Positions 49,251-63,014 of a DNA stretch of 64,000 nt are shown here, one piece after another. The notes beneath the pieces are model-generated. The model was not told the DNA's origin. It did no database searches and saw nothing but the letters and a program-made list of their open reading frames with translations. The stretch is from the human T2T-CHM13v2.0 reference genome, Homo sapiens: NCBI RefSeq assembly GCF_009914755.1, contig NC_060926.1. One strand, 5' to 3'. Positions within the stretch are counted from its first letter, which is position 1. Each line of letters starts with the position of its first letter. The translations under genes were made by a program, and so were the position numbers.

Positions 49251-51443
49251 CCAGTCTGACCTCTACAACCCAGTGATGATACTCCCTAACATTGAGGCTG
49301 GGAGGCTCCACAGTACAGGAACCCCAAGATTAATGGCCAGGAAACTGCTGCTCCTCCATGGGGGCTGGGCCCCTAGACAACTGAGTGGAGGCTTGCAGAC
49401 CTTTGCCCGGGGGTGGTCGTGCGTGTCTGTGGGGCGGGTCCCTCCTACCCCTGGGGCCTGGCTCTCCCCACTCATCTGGCTGCAGCTCTGGAAGGTAGGG
49501 GACTGCAGAGGTGTCAGTGGCTGCCCACTCCCCCTCCCATGAGAAAGGCTGTCAGCGCCCCATAGGCGGCCTCCCCCCCAGCCTCCACCCCCATGCTTCA
49601 GCGGCCTCCCTCAGTAATGGGGCTTTATCATAGCATGCATTAGCTAAGGCCTGCTGCCTGCAATTATCCCTTCAATCAGCCACCCACCACCCACCGCCCC
49701 CAGCCTCAGGCCACCCACGGGGCCACCTCACCCGCCCTCCCTGCCCCATCCCCAAGTACAGCACAGGTGCCCAAGTCTCTGCAGATGGACAGAGCAGTGA
49801 CCCCTGGCAGCAGGCGCCTGGGGCAGGGGCAGCCAGCGGACAGAGAGCTACTGCTCAGGGTCACAGGCAATTATTTTAAAAGCCTGTTGCAGGAGAATGC
49901 GCTGCCTGTCCAGCACAACCTGCTCATCCTGAGGGTTGCACCGCCCCAGGTTGCTGCCAGGCTCACGTGCACACACGGGTGTTCACACGTGCCAGTCATG
50001 CACACAGGGACGGGCACTGCCAGGGCACACGTGGTGTGGATGCAGAGCCCTGTGGTCTGCACGCAGACCCCAGAGAGATGGGGTCCTGGCCACCCTCGAG
50101 GTCTGCGCAGAAGGAGGCCCCACTTGCCCAAGCAGCCCTCATCATTTGGGGGCTTTCCCTACAGCCCCTGGCACCCTCCCACCCCCATCCCCAGCACAGA
50201 CCACCTCCTGACCTTTGACTCGCCCACCCCACGCCTGGGGTACAGGGACGGGGGCCTGAGCTGAATGGGAGGACTTCCTGTCACATCCAGCCTCACGCTG
50301 GGGTTGCGAGGAGAAATAGGCGAGAAGGCGGACCTGGCTGGGGGAGTGGAGGAGGGGACCGTTGTTGTGCTGTGATTCTCTCTAATTGCTGTTTTGCTGA
50401 GAGGTAATTAAAATCTCTTTTTATTTCACACGTCAGAGCCTTCGCTAGCCTGTGGAGAGGGCGCAGGGGGAGGCTGGGGGGTGGGGGCAGTGGAGAGCCG
50501 GCGCATGGAGGGGTCAGGGAGGTGAAGCATCTGAGCCCAGCCTGCCTGCCAGGAGCCCCCAGCCCTGCCCGGGCCTGGCCTATGACCATCCCGGGTGCAG
50601 CCCAGGCCAGGGGTCTATGCAGCCCATCAAAGCCAATGAAGGTCATGATAATGAAGTCAGTCAGCAATGTCTCTGGGGTGCCTCCCAGGTGCAGGTGTTC
50701 TGCTGACTGCCCAACCTGTGAAAAATACAATCATGACCCTATGTGTCGGGACAGAGATAAAGCTGAGACTTGGGGAGATTACGAAACAGCCAGGGTTTCT
50801 TAACCTATGGCTCTTCAGTGGTGGAACTGGATGTGAACAGGTCTGACTCCAAACTCGGAAGCACCGCAGCCGCCTGCCCATCCAGCCCACATAACTGTCT
50901 CCTCCTGTGGACCCCACTTGAGGTCCACAGCCCTACCCTGACCCTCCTCAGAGCCCATGGGATGGGCCACAGCCTTGGGACTCCTGCTCAAGACCCATGC
51001 ACCAGTCCATGCCTGCCACTCTGGACCCCATGATCACCTGCTGACAGGTCCTTTGGGTCTGGAGAACCGGGACTCACATCGGCCACCAGGACTTGTGGAT
51101 GCTTCCCAAAGACCTGGGAAGGCCAGGGGGCCATGGCGAGACCAGAGCCCCGACCAATGCCCAGCCAGGGTCAGGCAGGAAAGAAGAGAAACCTCTGCCT
51201 TCTCCTGGGCTGGCTGGAGGCAAGGGGGTTAACAGTAGGTGGGGTAGGCACAGGATCCACAGAGAAGCACCCTTTGGCTTCATACCCCTGCATCACCAAG
51301 CTTCCTATGTGCCTTGCTATCTTTCTTCACTAGACCTGAATTGCAGCACCCCATCCTTGTCATCCTCCCCTTTTCTACCACCATCAGCACCATCACCTTA
51401 TCTAGATCATCCTTTTCGCCTAATTCCCCAACATCATCACCAC

Positions 51444-51446
<3 letters not shown>

Positions 51447-51485
<39 letters not shown>
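51447..51485. repeat. (CAT)13 microsatellite in a CAC/CAT-rich tract (~51375-51525)
   Basis: Read directly. Confidence 0.95.
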
Positions 51486-51487
<2 letters not shown>

Positions 51488-52129
51488 CTTTCAACAAAAC
51501 CGTCACCACCATCATCGCCATCAGGACTCACCTTGTACCAGCACTGTTGCATCTCACTGAATCCTTGCAACACCTACCAAGGGGCAGGTACCATTATTAT
51601 CCTCCCACTTTGCAGGGTGAGGAGACCATAGCTTACAATGAAGGGGCTTTTCCAAAGTCATGACCAGGAAGTGTCAGAGGTAGGACTTGAACCTAAACTG
51701 CTTGACATCAGAGCCCAAAGTCATAACCGCTATACTTTACCACAGTCCATCAAGGGGTTCTAAGGAATCAAGCTGGGGGAGGGGGGCAAGGGGGAAGGAA
51801 AGTGGGGGAGAGCAACTTGCCACTTGGACTACTCAGGAGCAGCAGCATCAGAGGCAGGCCCTCCCTGCAGCCAGCCTGTGCTCCACCCCCACTGGTGCAT
51901 GGCAGTTGTGCCCAAGCCTCCCTGGCTGAGCTTTCTACCCTGCAGAGTTGCATAGAGGGGATGTTAAAAGGGACTGTGTTGACTTGAGAAGCTGAATCCT
52001 AGTTTTGTCTCCAGTCAGATGGAGGCCAGCTTGCCCCACCTCCCTCAACATCCCCTCACTTCTGGGCCACGGCTGGCTCTGGGGGCGCTCATTCACCTCT
52101 CGTGGGTGGCGGCCAGGCTGAGGATGGAC

Positions 52130-52490
52130 AGTGTGTTCGTTTGGGCTGCTACAGCAAACACGACGGGCTGGGTGGCTTCAACAGGGCGCGTGTATCCTCA
52201 CAGTCCTGGCGGCTGGGTGTCTGAGACCAGGGTGCCAGCACGGCTGGCTTCCGCTGGGGGCCTCCTGGTTTGCAGATGTTGTCCCCTGGTTGTCTCCTCC
52301 CACGGCAGAGAGCAGAGGGAGGAAGCATGTTCTCTCCCATCTCTTCTTAGAAGGGCACACATCCCATCATGAGGGATCCACCCTCATGGCCTAATCACCT
52401 CCCAGAGGCCCCAACTCCAGAGGCCATCCCACTAGGAATTAGGGCTTCAACACAGGAATTTGGGGGACACTAATATGCAGTCCACAATAG
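52130..52490. mobile_element. MaLR solo LTR (MLT1A/B-like)
   Basis: tttgggctgct...ggctgggtggcttcaaca...ccctcatggcctaatcacctcccagaggcccc...ggaatttgggggacac. Confidence 0.75.
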
Positions 52491-52696
52491 ACAGTGAGGC
52501 CAGGGCCACGCGGCAGCCCAGCCGGACCCTTGGTGGTGTCTCAGGACAGGTTATGGCCAAGAGAAGGCTCTTTCCTCAGCCTGCCAGCCTCCCTCTCTTC
52601 AGCCTTCCTTGTCCCCAGCCACAGCCCAGGGCATTGGCCTTGAAGTATTGTTCCCCTAGGGTGGTTGGAGTGGGCAGCCATATCCCCAGACACGAG

Positions 52697-52840
52697 CCAT
52701 CTGATGGGGGTGCTGAGGTGGGAAATGGGGGCCCGGGGGACTGCAGAGTAAGAATTGGGGGTCCCTACTACCCATCTGATGGGGGTGCTGGGGTGGGAAA
52801 TGGGGGCCCGGGGGACTGCAGAGTAAGAATTGGGGGCCCT
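52697..52840. repeat. 75-bp tandem duplication (2 copies)
   Basis: ccatctgatgggggtgctg(a/g)ggtgggaaatgggggcccgggggactgcagagtaagaattggggg starting at 52697 and 52772. Confidence 0.95.
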
Positions 52841-53239
52841 GAGGCCCACTGGCAGGTGCTCACCTCTTACAGGCAGGGATGAGGACCCATGTGTGCAGGC
52901 AGCTGGGTGGACTGACTCAGAGTTAAGCAGATCCGGGAAGCAAGGGACAGAGGGAGAGGGGAAGAGGCGAGGACTGCCGAGCAGCCCTGAGAGGAGAAGC
53001 CGGGGCTTCCTGGGGCTGCAGGAGTGGGGTAGGGGCTGTCTCAGCTGTGTGCAGCAGCCTGGGCCTGGGGGTAGGGAAGGAGCTCGTCCATCTCTGCATC
53101 CCCAGTGCATAGCGCTGGCACTAGGAGGTACTTCATATGTATGGAAGGAAAGAATGAATAAACACATTCTCAGGATTCAAACTGTTCTGATAGGACATGA
53201 CACCCATGGAGGTGCTCCCCATCATTGAAGCAAAAGGGT

Positions 53240-54590
53240 TGAAAGCCCAGGCTCTGAAGTCAGAGTGATCTGGATTCAATCCCAGCGCCACCCTCCACTA
53301 GCTGTGGACAGGTTACTTAGCCTCTTTAGGCCTCAATTCCTTTGCCCCAAAATAGGGACAGTAATATCTACCCAGGCTAGATTTAAGTGAGATGACTTCC
53401 AAAGAGGGCAGAGAAGAGCCTTGTCCCCATCATGGGCAGCTAGGGAGTGGCCCAGTGTGGGCAGTCCTTGTCCAAGCCCACCCCTCCCTCCAGGAAGGAG
53501 GGAGGACAGCCAGAAGCCCTGAGCTTCCCTCCCCATTCTCCTCCAGGCCCTGATCACTTCCCACACCCATCATTTCTCCCCACAAGGAGAAACTGGGCAC
53601 GGCTGACCCCAACGAGATGAAGTTCCCCAGCCAGCTGCTCCAGGGCAGTGAGAAGACCCCCAGGGCAGGGCCAGGAGGCAGGGATGAGGGCAGAGACTGC
53701 AGGATCAAGGATCATGGGGTGTTTGGGGCCACTGGGACATCTGGGAAGGGGCCCCACAGAGGCCAGTGGAGTCCCAGAGCAGAGGGTGAGTTTTCTCCCT
53801 GCTACCTGCTGAGTGACCCTGCTTGAGCCCTTCTGGTCTCTAAGCCTCCATTTCCTCATCTGTAACATGGGAATAATAACAGGACCAACCTCTCAGGGCT
53901 GTCATGGGGTTTATGAGGTGATGCTGTGAAAGTCTCGAGTGGTAGCATGTCTGGCACACAGCAGGGCCTTAGCCACACACGCACCCACACACATGCATAC
54001 ACATATATGTGCAGAAACACACACAGGGCTGGCTCTGGAGCCCCTTCCCCCTGCCCCTGGCACATCTGTGGTGGTGATGCTCTCCGCTCTCCCCTCCTGT
54101 CAATGTTCCCTGCCAGCTAATGGACCAATTTTTTAGCATTACGGAGATTTGGCCAATTTGGCGACCTTGACAGAAAGGCGCACAGAGAACCGTTGCCTGG
54201 GGGCGGGGCGGGTGTGGAAGCCAGGGTGGGAGAGGAGGAGGAAGATGGGAAGGAGAGGGGCTGTGGGCTCCACCACCTTCGGCCTGCTGCCAGCCCAGCC
54301 CCTCCTAGTCCAGACAAGGCGGGGTGGAGCCACTGCAGAGATCACAAAGATAATTAGCCCTACTTATGGGCCCCTCCTGTGCACGGGGCCCTGTGCTAAG
54401 CACTTTGCATATATTTTCTCTTTTAATCCTCCAATAACCCTATGAAGTTGGTTCTATTATTTGCTCTATCCTTCCTGGTGTGGAAACTTAGACACAGGAG
54501 GCTCGGAGCTTGCCCAAGGTCACAGAGCCAGGAAGTAAGGGAGCTGGAATGGAAGCTGAGGCTTGAAGCCAGGCCTCTTAACCATAACTG
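53240..54590. mobile_element. Cluster of MIR fragments (~53240-53400, 53800-53960, 54350-54590)
   Basis: MIR core text: ttacttagcctct...ggcctcaattcc; cctccatttcctcatctgtaacatgggaataat; tttaatcctccaataaccctatgaag. Confidence 0.65.
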
Positions 54591-55849
54591 AGCTGTTTTT
54601 AACTAAAGGCTGAAAATTAGGACAGGACACCCTCCACCTATCCACTCAGCCCCTACCGCCCACCCCCACCCCACCTATCCATTCCTCCACCCCAACACAC
54701 ACAGTCTCCAGGAGCCTCGGCTGTGTCACCAGCCTCTCAGAGCTCCAAGGGCAGGGGATCCCTATCAGTGACACATGGGCCTCATTTCCTTCTCGGGCTG
54801 AGGATGCTGTCACACCTCAAAGACCCCCAGAGCCAGCTCTTTCTCTGCAGGGAGAGAGCCCTGGGCACCACAATTGCTGGGCATGGGCAGGGTTCCCAGC
54901 TCCTGGCTGGGCTCTCCTCTCCTGCCCAGGCTGTGGACTGAGGTGTCCTGGCCAGCTGTGGCTTTCAGGGCCCCTCCTGGGGTCAGTGCCAGGGTGGACG
55001 TGGGTATCAGCTGTGTCCTCCATTAAACATTCAGGGCCCTTCTGGGAGCAAGGAGGCAGATCTGCCAGGGAATGGGGGAGGGGTGGGAGGAGGGGGAGGG
55101 GAGGGCTGCCACGGGCAAGGGGAGGGGGCTGCGGAGCTCCGTGCATTAAGCGATCAGAGAGCACAATATTTCATTGCCGGCAATCGCAGCCAAGACATCA
55201 ACTACTTGGGGAGAGCAGCCTTAAAAGCCTTTTGATTTTATTTCTTCCACTTTATTTTTTTTTTTCCTTTCCCTTGCTGGTGTCCTTGACAAGGCTTCCC
55301 TTCCCCCTATCCTGCCCCTTCCCCAACCCCAGCTGTAATGCTCCTCAGGGGCCCAGAAACCTGGCTGGGGAGGGGCTGAGGCTATGGGCTCGGCTTCTCT
55401 AAGGCTGAGAGGGTCCCCCTGGGGCCTGCAGCACCCCCAGCCAGACCCAGGACTGTGTGTGCGCACGCGTGTGTGCAGGTGTTGCTTGGAGACTCCTGTG
55501 CCCTTGCGTGCATGTATGTGTCCCTGGGCACCACGGCGTGCATATCTGAAGTATGCTCCTGCTGACACACACCTGCGTGCGCACAGGCCCCCGCGTGCAC
55601 ACGTGTGTGCATGCTTGGGTGTCAATGTTCACGCGTGTGTGCGTGCGTCCTCACCGTGCATGCGCCCACAGAAAATACCACCGAAGTAAGAGACGGAAGA
55701 GACGGGAGGTTGGGGGGAGTGGAGGGGGGTGGTGTTGGGGGAGGAGAGGGGGGCGGGGAGGCAAGATCAGACGACAAAGAAAGGGAAGGCAGAGGCGGGG
55801 GCGGGAGGGAGGTTTATCCGTAGGAGTCAGCCCAGTTGGGTCAAACTAA

Positions 55850-56700
55850 GGACCCAGTGCAGACCCCGAGGCCCAGAGACACAGGTGTGCGCACAAACAC
55901 GCACTCTGCGGAAGGCCGGGGCGGGCCTGGCCGCTGCGGGACTCCTGGCCCGGCGCCCTTGACGTCAGCGGCTGGGCCGTGACGTCACCTCACCGCCCCC
56001 GCCGCGCTCCCGCCCCCGCCCGCGGGCACTCAGTCTCCGCTAATGGCAGGCGACGGGGAATGGCACATCTGTCTTGCCGGGAATTAGTTCATTGAATCAG
56101 GCGGCCCGAGCTGCGGCAGCGACCTTAGCCCTGGCCCCAGGGAGGGGTCTGGGCGGGCGGCGTGGGGGAGGTTCAGGCTGGAGGGCTGAGTGCGGGGACG
56201 GGAGGAGGGGACTCACCTGGACTCGCGAGGGGGACTGAGCGCTCTCCAAATATAGGTCAATGTCCCGCTCAGCCTCCCTCCCCCAGCACCGTGAGGACCG
56301 AGGCCTGGGGCCTGGCGCCCGCCTGGTGGACCTCGGGGGCAGGCTGGGGACCGGGCCCCTGCGGGACGCGGCGCGGCAGGACGCTCCCCGCGCCTTTCTT
56401 TCTGCACCTGCCCCTCGGGGTGGGTCCCCCTCTTTACCCTCGCTTCCCCCCGCGGGTGCCGATAAAGGCGGCTAATTCCCGAGCCCGGGGAGGGAGGGGG
56501 CGACTGTTCCAGTCAACACTTCCCCGCGCTCTTCCCCGACCCTCCCAGAGCGTTCCCGCTGCTCAGGGCGAGGAGCAGCTGCGGCCAGTTTGTCCTAGCG
56601 GTTTAGGAGGCAGGGAGGTTTCCTCCAGCCTGGAGCTCTGGCTCGGGCCCTCGGGCCCCAACACCTTCCCGCTGAGACCGCGGGCGTTGTCCCTGGGTCT
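55850..56700. promoter_or_regulatory. Orphan CpG island with two palindromic CRE sites
   Basis: CpG-dense; TGACGTCA at 55960-55967 and 55980-55987; GC boxes and CGCCCCCGC motifs. Confidence 0.8.
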
Positions 56701-57319
56701 CTCTGCCTCCATTTCCCCCACCTCCATTCTGGTTACCCCTTCCCCCCACTCTTTCCTTCCTAACCCATGAGAGCACTGGAAAGATGCTAGAAAGTCGGGC
56801 TTCTAGAGCCCCAGCCCTGCCTCTTGTTCCTGCGAGACTGTGGGCAGGTAATTTAGCCTCTCAGCCCCTTTCATCTGACGCTGGGAAGTAATGAGGAGAC
56901 CCCACTTCTCTGGGAAGTTCAATGATATGCGTAAAGGGCTTAGAATTAGCAGATTCTGGTAGCCAGTGCGTTACGGTTTTGCACTGGGGAGGCAGAGCTG
57001 CCGCGGGAGTGTGGCTTCTCTAGAAAGATCCCTGGGCACTTCAGTGATGAAAGTACCACAGTGAGGATTGTGGTGATGCAAAGGGCGGAAGAGTCTGGTG
57101 GGGCTGCCAAGTGGGCCAGGCTGGGGTCCCTCGAGATGGAGTCCCTTGAGATAGGGAGGCTCACCCACACCAGGGATCCCACCCCAAACTCAGGCTTCGC
57201 CTCCCTCTGCTTCTACCAGGTTGTGACACTGACCCACTGGGCTTTTCACATTACTTCCACACCTTTGCTTGGCCCTTCCCGCTTTCACCCATTGGCAACT
57301 TAATTTTGAATGCTTAATC

Positions 57320-58536
<1,217 letters not shown>

Positions 58537-59493
58537 TGGCTGTTCTGTTTGTAGAGTAGATCTCCCCAGCCCCAGGAGTCCAGGTCACTCTGAACCCCCA
58601 TGCTTTTCTCTCTTCCTGTCTCAGGAGAAAAGCCTCCTCCTGCCCCTAACCTTTTGCCAGGTGCATGAGGAGGAGCTGAAGTGAGAAACAGGACACTCTG
58701 AGGCCCCAGGCCGCCCCTACTCCAAGGCCTGAGGTCCCTGCCAGGCCACACTTCAGGGACCCGGAGACTGGGAGGCTGCGGCAGCAGGGAGTGAGGAGTG
58801 GGGGCAGCGCTGGCAGCTCCATTTGCTCCTGGCCAGCCTGTCAGTCCCTTAATCTGATCCCGGAGGAGCAGTGCAGAGGCTTCACTCTGGATGACAAACG
58901 AGGAGGGGAGAGTCCTGCTCTGCCTGGACTCCGGGTGAATAATGGCCTTGCATTAAGATATTAGGTCGGGGCGACAAGAAATGTGCCCTCCCTTACATGG
59001 CTGTGAAGAGCCCAGAGAGGGGGAGGCTTCCTGAGGACTGAGCCCCTGGGAAGGGCCGGGGGAGTGGAGGGATGTCCGGAGAGGGCTTGGGAAGGGGGAG
59101 GGCGGGGTGAGGGACACAGAGACAGGCCACGGAGATGCCCAGAAACAGAGACACCGCAGGGAGAGAAGAAGCAGAAAGGGAGGGTGACGGGGGGAGACAG
59201 AGGCTCCCTGAGAGACAGAAAGAGGAGCAGGGGTGTCAGAGGGAGGCAGAGGCAGAGGCCCAGATGAAGGTGGTGGGGAGGGAAAGGGAAGAAGGACAAA
59301 GAGACAAACTTGGCGGGAGGGGAGCAGGGGGAGGGGGGAGGCCCTGCGCTCACACAGGGCAAGGATGTCTCCATCAGGGGCTTCAGATTCCCACTGGGGG
59401 CTGTGTCCCTAGCCCTCCAGGGAGGGCCAGGCTGGAGACAGAACTTCAAGGCTGGCCGCTTGATGTCCCTCTACTTGATCCTGAGCCTCCTGG

Positions 59494-60514
59494 GTGGGGA
59501 AACACTGGCTGGGGATGATTGTCCTCTCAGAAGTGGCTCAGGCGAACGTTCTGGGCTTCCAACCACAGGGGCAGCACCCTTCTGTGGGCAGCCTGCTTCT
59601 GGAGGAGAGGGGTCCTGGCCCCCAGGGAGGGGGGACACAGGGGCCAGCCAGAGGGTGAGCCCCAGCTCTGGGCTCCTGCACTGTTCTGCAAGCCCCATAT
59701 CCCACAGCCTGAGTCCTGAGATGCAGGGCTGCCTGGGGCAGGGACCTCTGGAGATGAGCCAGGCCCAGAGCAAGGCGTGGGGAGAGCGAAGCCTGGAGAG
59801 AAGAGGCTGGGAGAGCAACTCAGGCAGAGGGGATTCCTGACAGGCTCTGAGGGGAGCCTGCCTCTCTGTCACCACAATTCAGCCTCCCTGGACCCCACAG
59901 GCCCGGGTACAAATCCTAGCTCCATCCCTTTTTGTTCTGTGACCAGGTGCAGGTTGTGTGACACACGGTGCCTCGCTCAGTGGCCCCGCGTGAAAAGGGG
60001 GATGATTATGATTATAGCCCCTCCTGCATGCAGCTTCTGTGGGGGTCACTGAGTCTGTACCTGGAGGATTCCCGGAGCCAGGACTGCCATGGGCTAACGG
60101 TTCAGCGAACCCCACAAATCATCATTCATCTTATTATTTCTCTAGGCCCAGCCATGTCTGTGTAAACAAGATGATACTGAAAACAAGTCCCTGCACCTCC
60201 TTTTTCTTCCATTCTCCCCAGCGGCTCTTGCCCAGACCTGAGAGTCCTGACTCACCTTGCCAAGCCATCCACCTATCCACATCTCAATTGCCGCATCTGC
60301 AAAATGGGTACACTGTGAGGCTCCGTGGAAGTGGTGTGGGTAAGCACTGAATGAGGCCCACAGAAGCCTGGTTCAGATGCCCTCTGCTCTGAGGACCCCT
60401 CTCCTCCAGAAGCAGGCTGCCCAGGGAAGGGTGTTGCCCCTATGGTTGGAGGCCCAGCACATTCGCCTGAGCCACTTCTGACAGGACAGCCATCCCCAGC
60501 CAGTGTCTCCCCAC
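59494..60514. repeat. Inverted repeat: 123-bp arms (59494-59616, 60392-60514), 775-bp spacer
   Basis: Manual alignment: 112/123 identical, no gaps. Confidence 0.95.
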
Positions 60515-62221
60515 ATGTGCACACACATGGGGGAAGGACTGGGAGCCTCCCAGAGTGGAGATGCTCAGGCACAGCTGTCAGGTGAGGGAGACCCCCCAAA
60601 ACCAGGCCTAGGGCCCCATGTACTTGGGAGTAGAGGACCCCTTCCCCTGCAGCCCTAGCCCCTCCTCATCAGGACCCCCTTCCCCTGCAGTGCTAGCCCC
60701 TGCCCTGCTCAGCTCACGGAGCTGCCCGCTGCAGACGGCCCCCACCTGGTGTCCCGCTGTGCTGTTGCCCCTGTGAATTGCTTAATAACTGTTGAACAAG
60801 GAGGCTGCGGCGTTGGTAGCGGACCCTGCACTGTGCTCACTTGGGATTGCACACGTGGGCAAAGCTGCCTGGTGGGCAGCTTGAACAGAGAGGGGGTGAT
60901 TTGGAAACAGGAAAGGCAGCTTTGGAGAAGGAGGGGGGCAGAGTGGAAAGATAATGGGAAGTCAGGAAAAGCAGAAGGCTCACCTCCCTGAGCCCCAGAA
61001 ACCTCCGAGGCAGAGAGGCTGTGTCCTGCTGGGTAGGCTGAGGGAGGAGGGTTGGGCTTTTCATGGGGAGATGGGTACTGGGGCATCCACAGCCACTGAG
61101 ATTTTCCTTCACTTGCCCCAAGATCTCTCCCTAAATCTCCCGGCTTGGACCCTTTGGTTTTATCTAGCTCCCAGCCCTTGTGGGGTCCTGGAATTTGGCC
61201 CAGGGCTGCCCAGGACTTCCTAGTCCTTCGAGGCCTGTGACTCTCACTGAGCGCCACCAGGAGGCACCCCCACACCTGCTCACCCAGGTGGGCCCTGGGA
61301 CCCTCCAGCCTGGCAGGTGGGGAGGAGGGGCTTCCTCAGGGTAGAGGTGGGGAGGGTCTTCGGGCCTCAGGCCTTGTGGCTCAGAATCCAGCAGTTCAGT
61401 GGTTCAGCGGGGAACCAGCATGTCCCCGCAAGGTGATCGTTTATCTCTCCTGACCTCCCAGTGCTTCTTGCCCTGACCACAGACCCCTGCCCCCCAACCA
61501 GCTCACACACACACCCACAGCCACACTGGGTGAGTGACAGGTGTCCCACCAGAGACTCGCTTCCCAGTGCCGCTGCACCTCCATCCACGGTCAGCTTTTC
61601 TGGTCACTCCCTCAGTCCCTACCCTCCGAGTCCTTGGCCTTAGTGTGGGCGGAGGGCCAAGTCTGGGGCCCGGTAGGGCCACACCTGCTGCACACCCTCT
61701 TCTCTCTGAGCCTCCATCGCTTCCTGAAGGTTCCATGGACCAACTGTTCCTAAACATGGTTTGTTTGGACTCATCTGGCACTTTGATACTTTGATATTCA
61801 TTCGGCACTGCCAGGCCACCTCAGGTTGAGGTTTCTCCCTGAACCAGCTCCCTACCCCAGCACCTCCAGTCATGTGCCCTCTGCCCTCCAGAAAGAAACA
61901 AAGTCCCTGAAATATCTTTACATTTTTTTTTCTGTGGATAATACACCCATATAATTAAAAAATCAAAGCAATTCAAAGTTCCACTCCCATTCCCATGTAC
62001 CTGGTTTCCTCTTCCACCCCATAACCCCAGGGGGCTACTTTAATTCTGTGTGTAGTCTAAAACAAATTATGTGCTTTTCTTTTTGTCCTTTCTCACACAA
62101 AAAGTAGAATGTTCCTCATTTGAGTACACTGTTCCTCATTTTGTTTTCACTTAATCTATCTTGACGTTCTTTCCACAGCAATAGATTCCTCATTCTTTTT
62201 TCACGGCTGTATAGTATTTCA

Positions 62222-62818
<597 letters not shown>

Positions 62819-63014
62819 CAGTCTCGTACACGGTTTATTCAACTGAGTCCTTCCTCCATCACTACCTGAGTTGTTGCTACTTTTCTTTTTTGCTCTTTCT
62901 GTCAATGTTGCAGTGAACATCTTTGTACATCTGTCATTTTATAACTGTGTTTTTATACATATCTGTAGGACAAAATGCTCTGAAGTGGGAGTACTAAAGA
63001 ATAAGAATGCGTGA

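Noticed and set aside
51093-51631. Poly-His, poly-Asp and poly-Ser ORFs
   Set aside because: Translations of the (CAT)n microsatellite.
56246-56256. CArG-like CCAAATATAGG
   Set aside because: Seven A/T bases between CC and GG, not the canonical six.
61252-61267. CTCF-like CGCCACCAGGAGGCAC
   Set aside because: Partial motif match only; cannot be supported without ChIP data.
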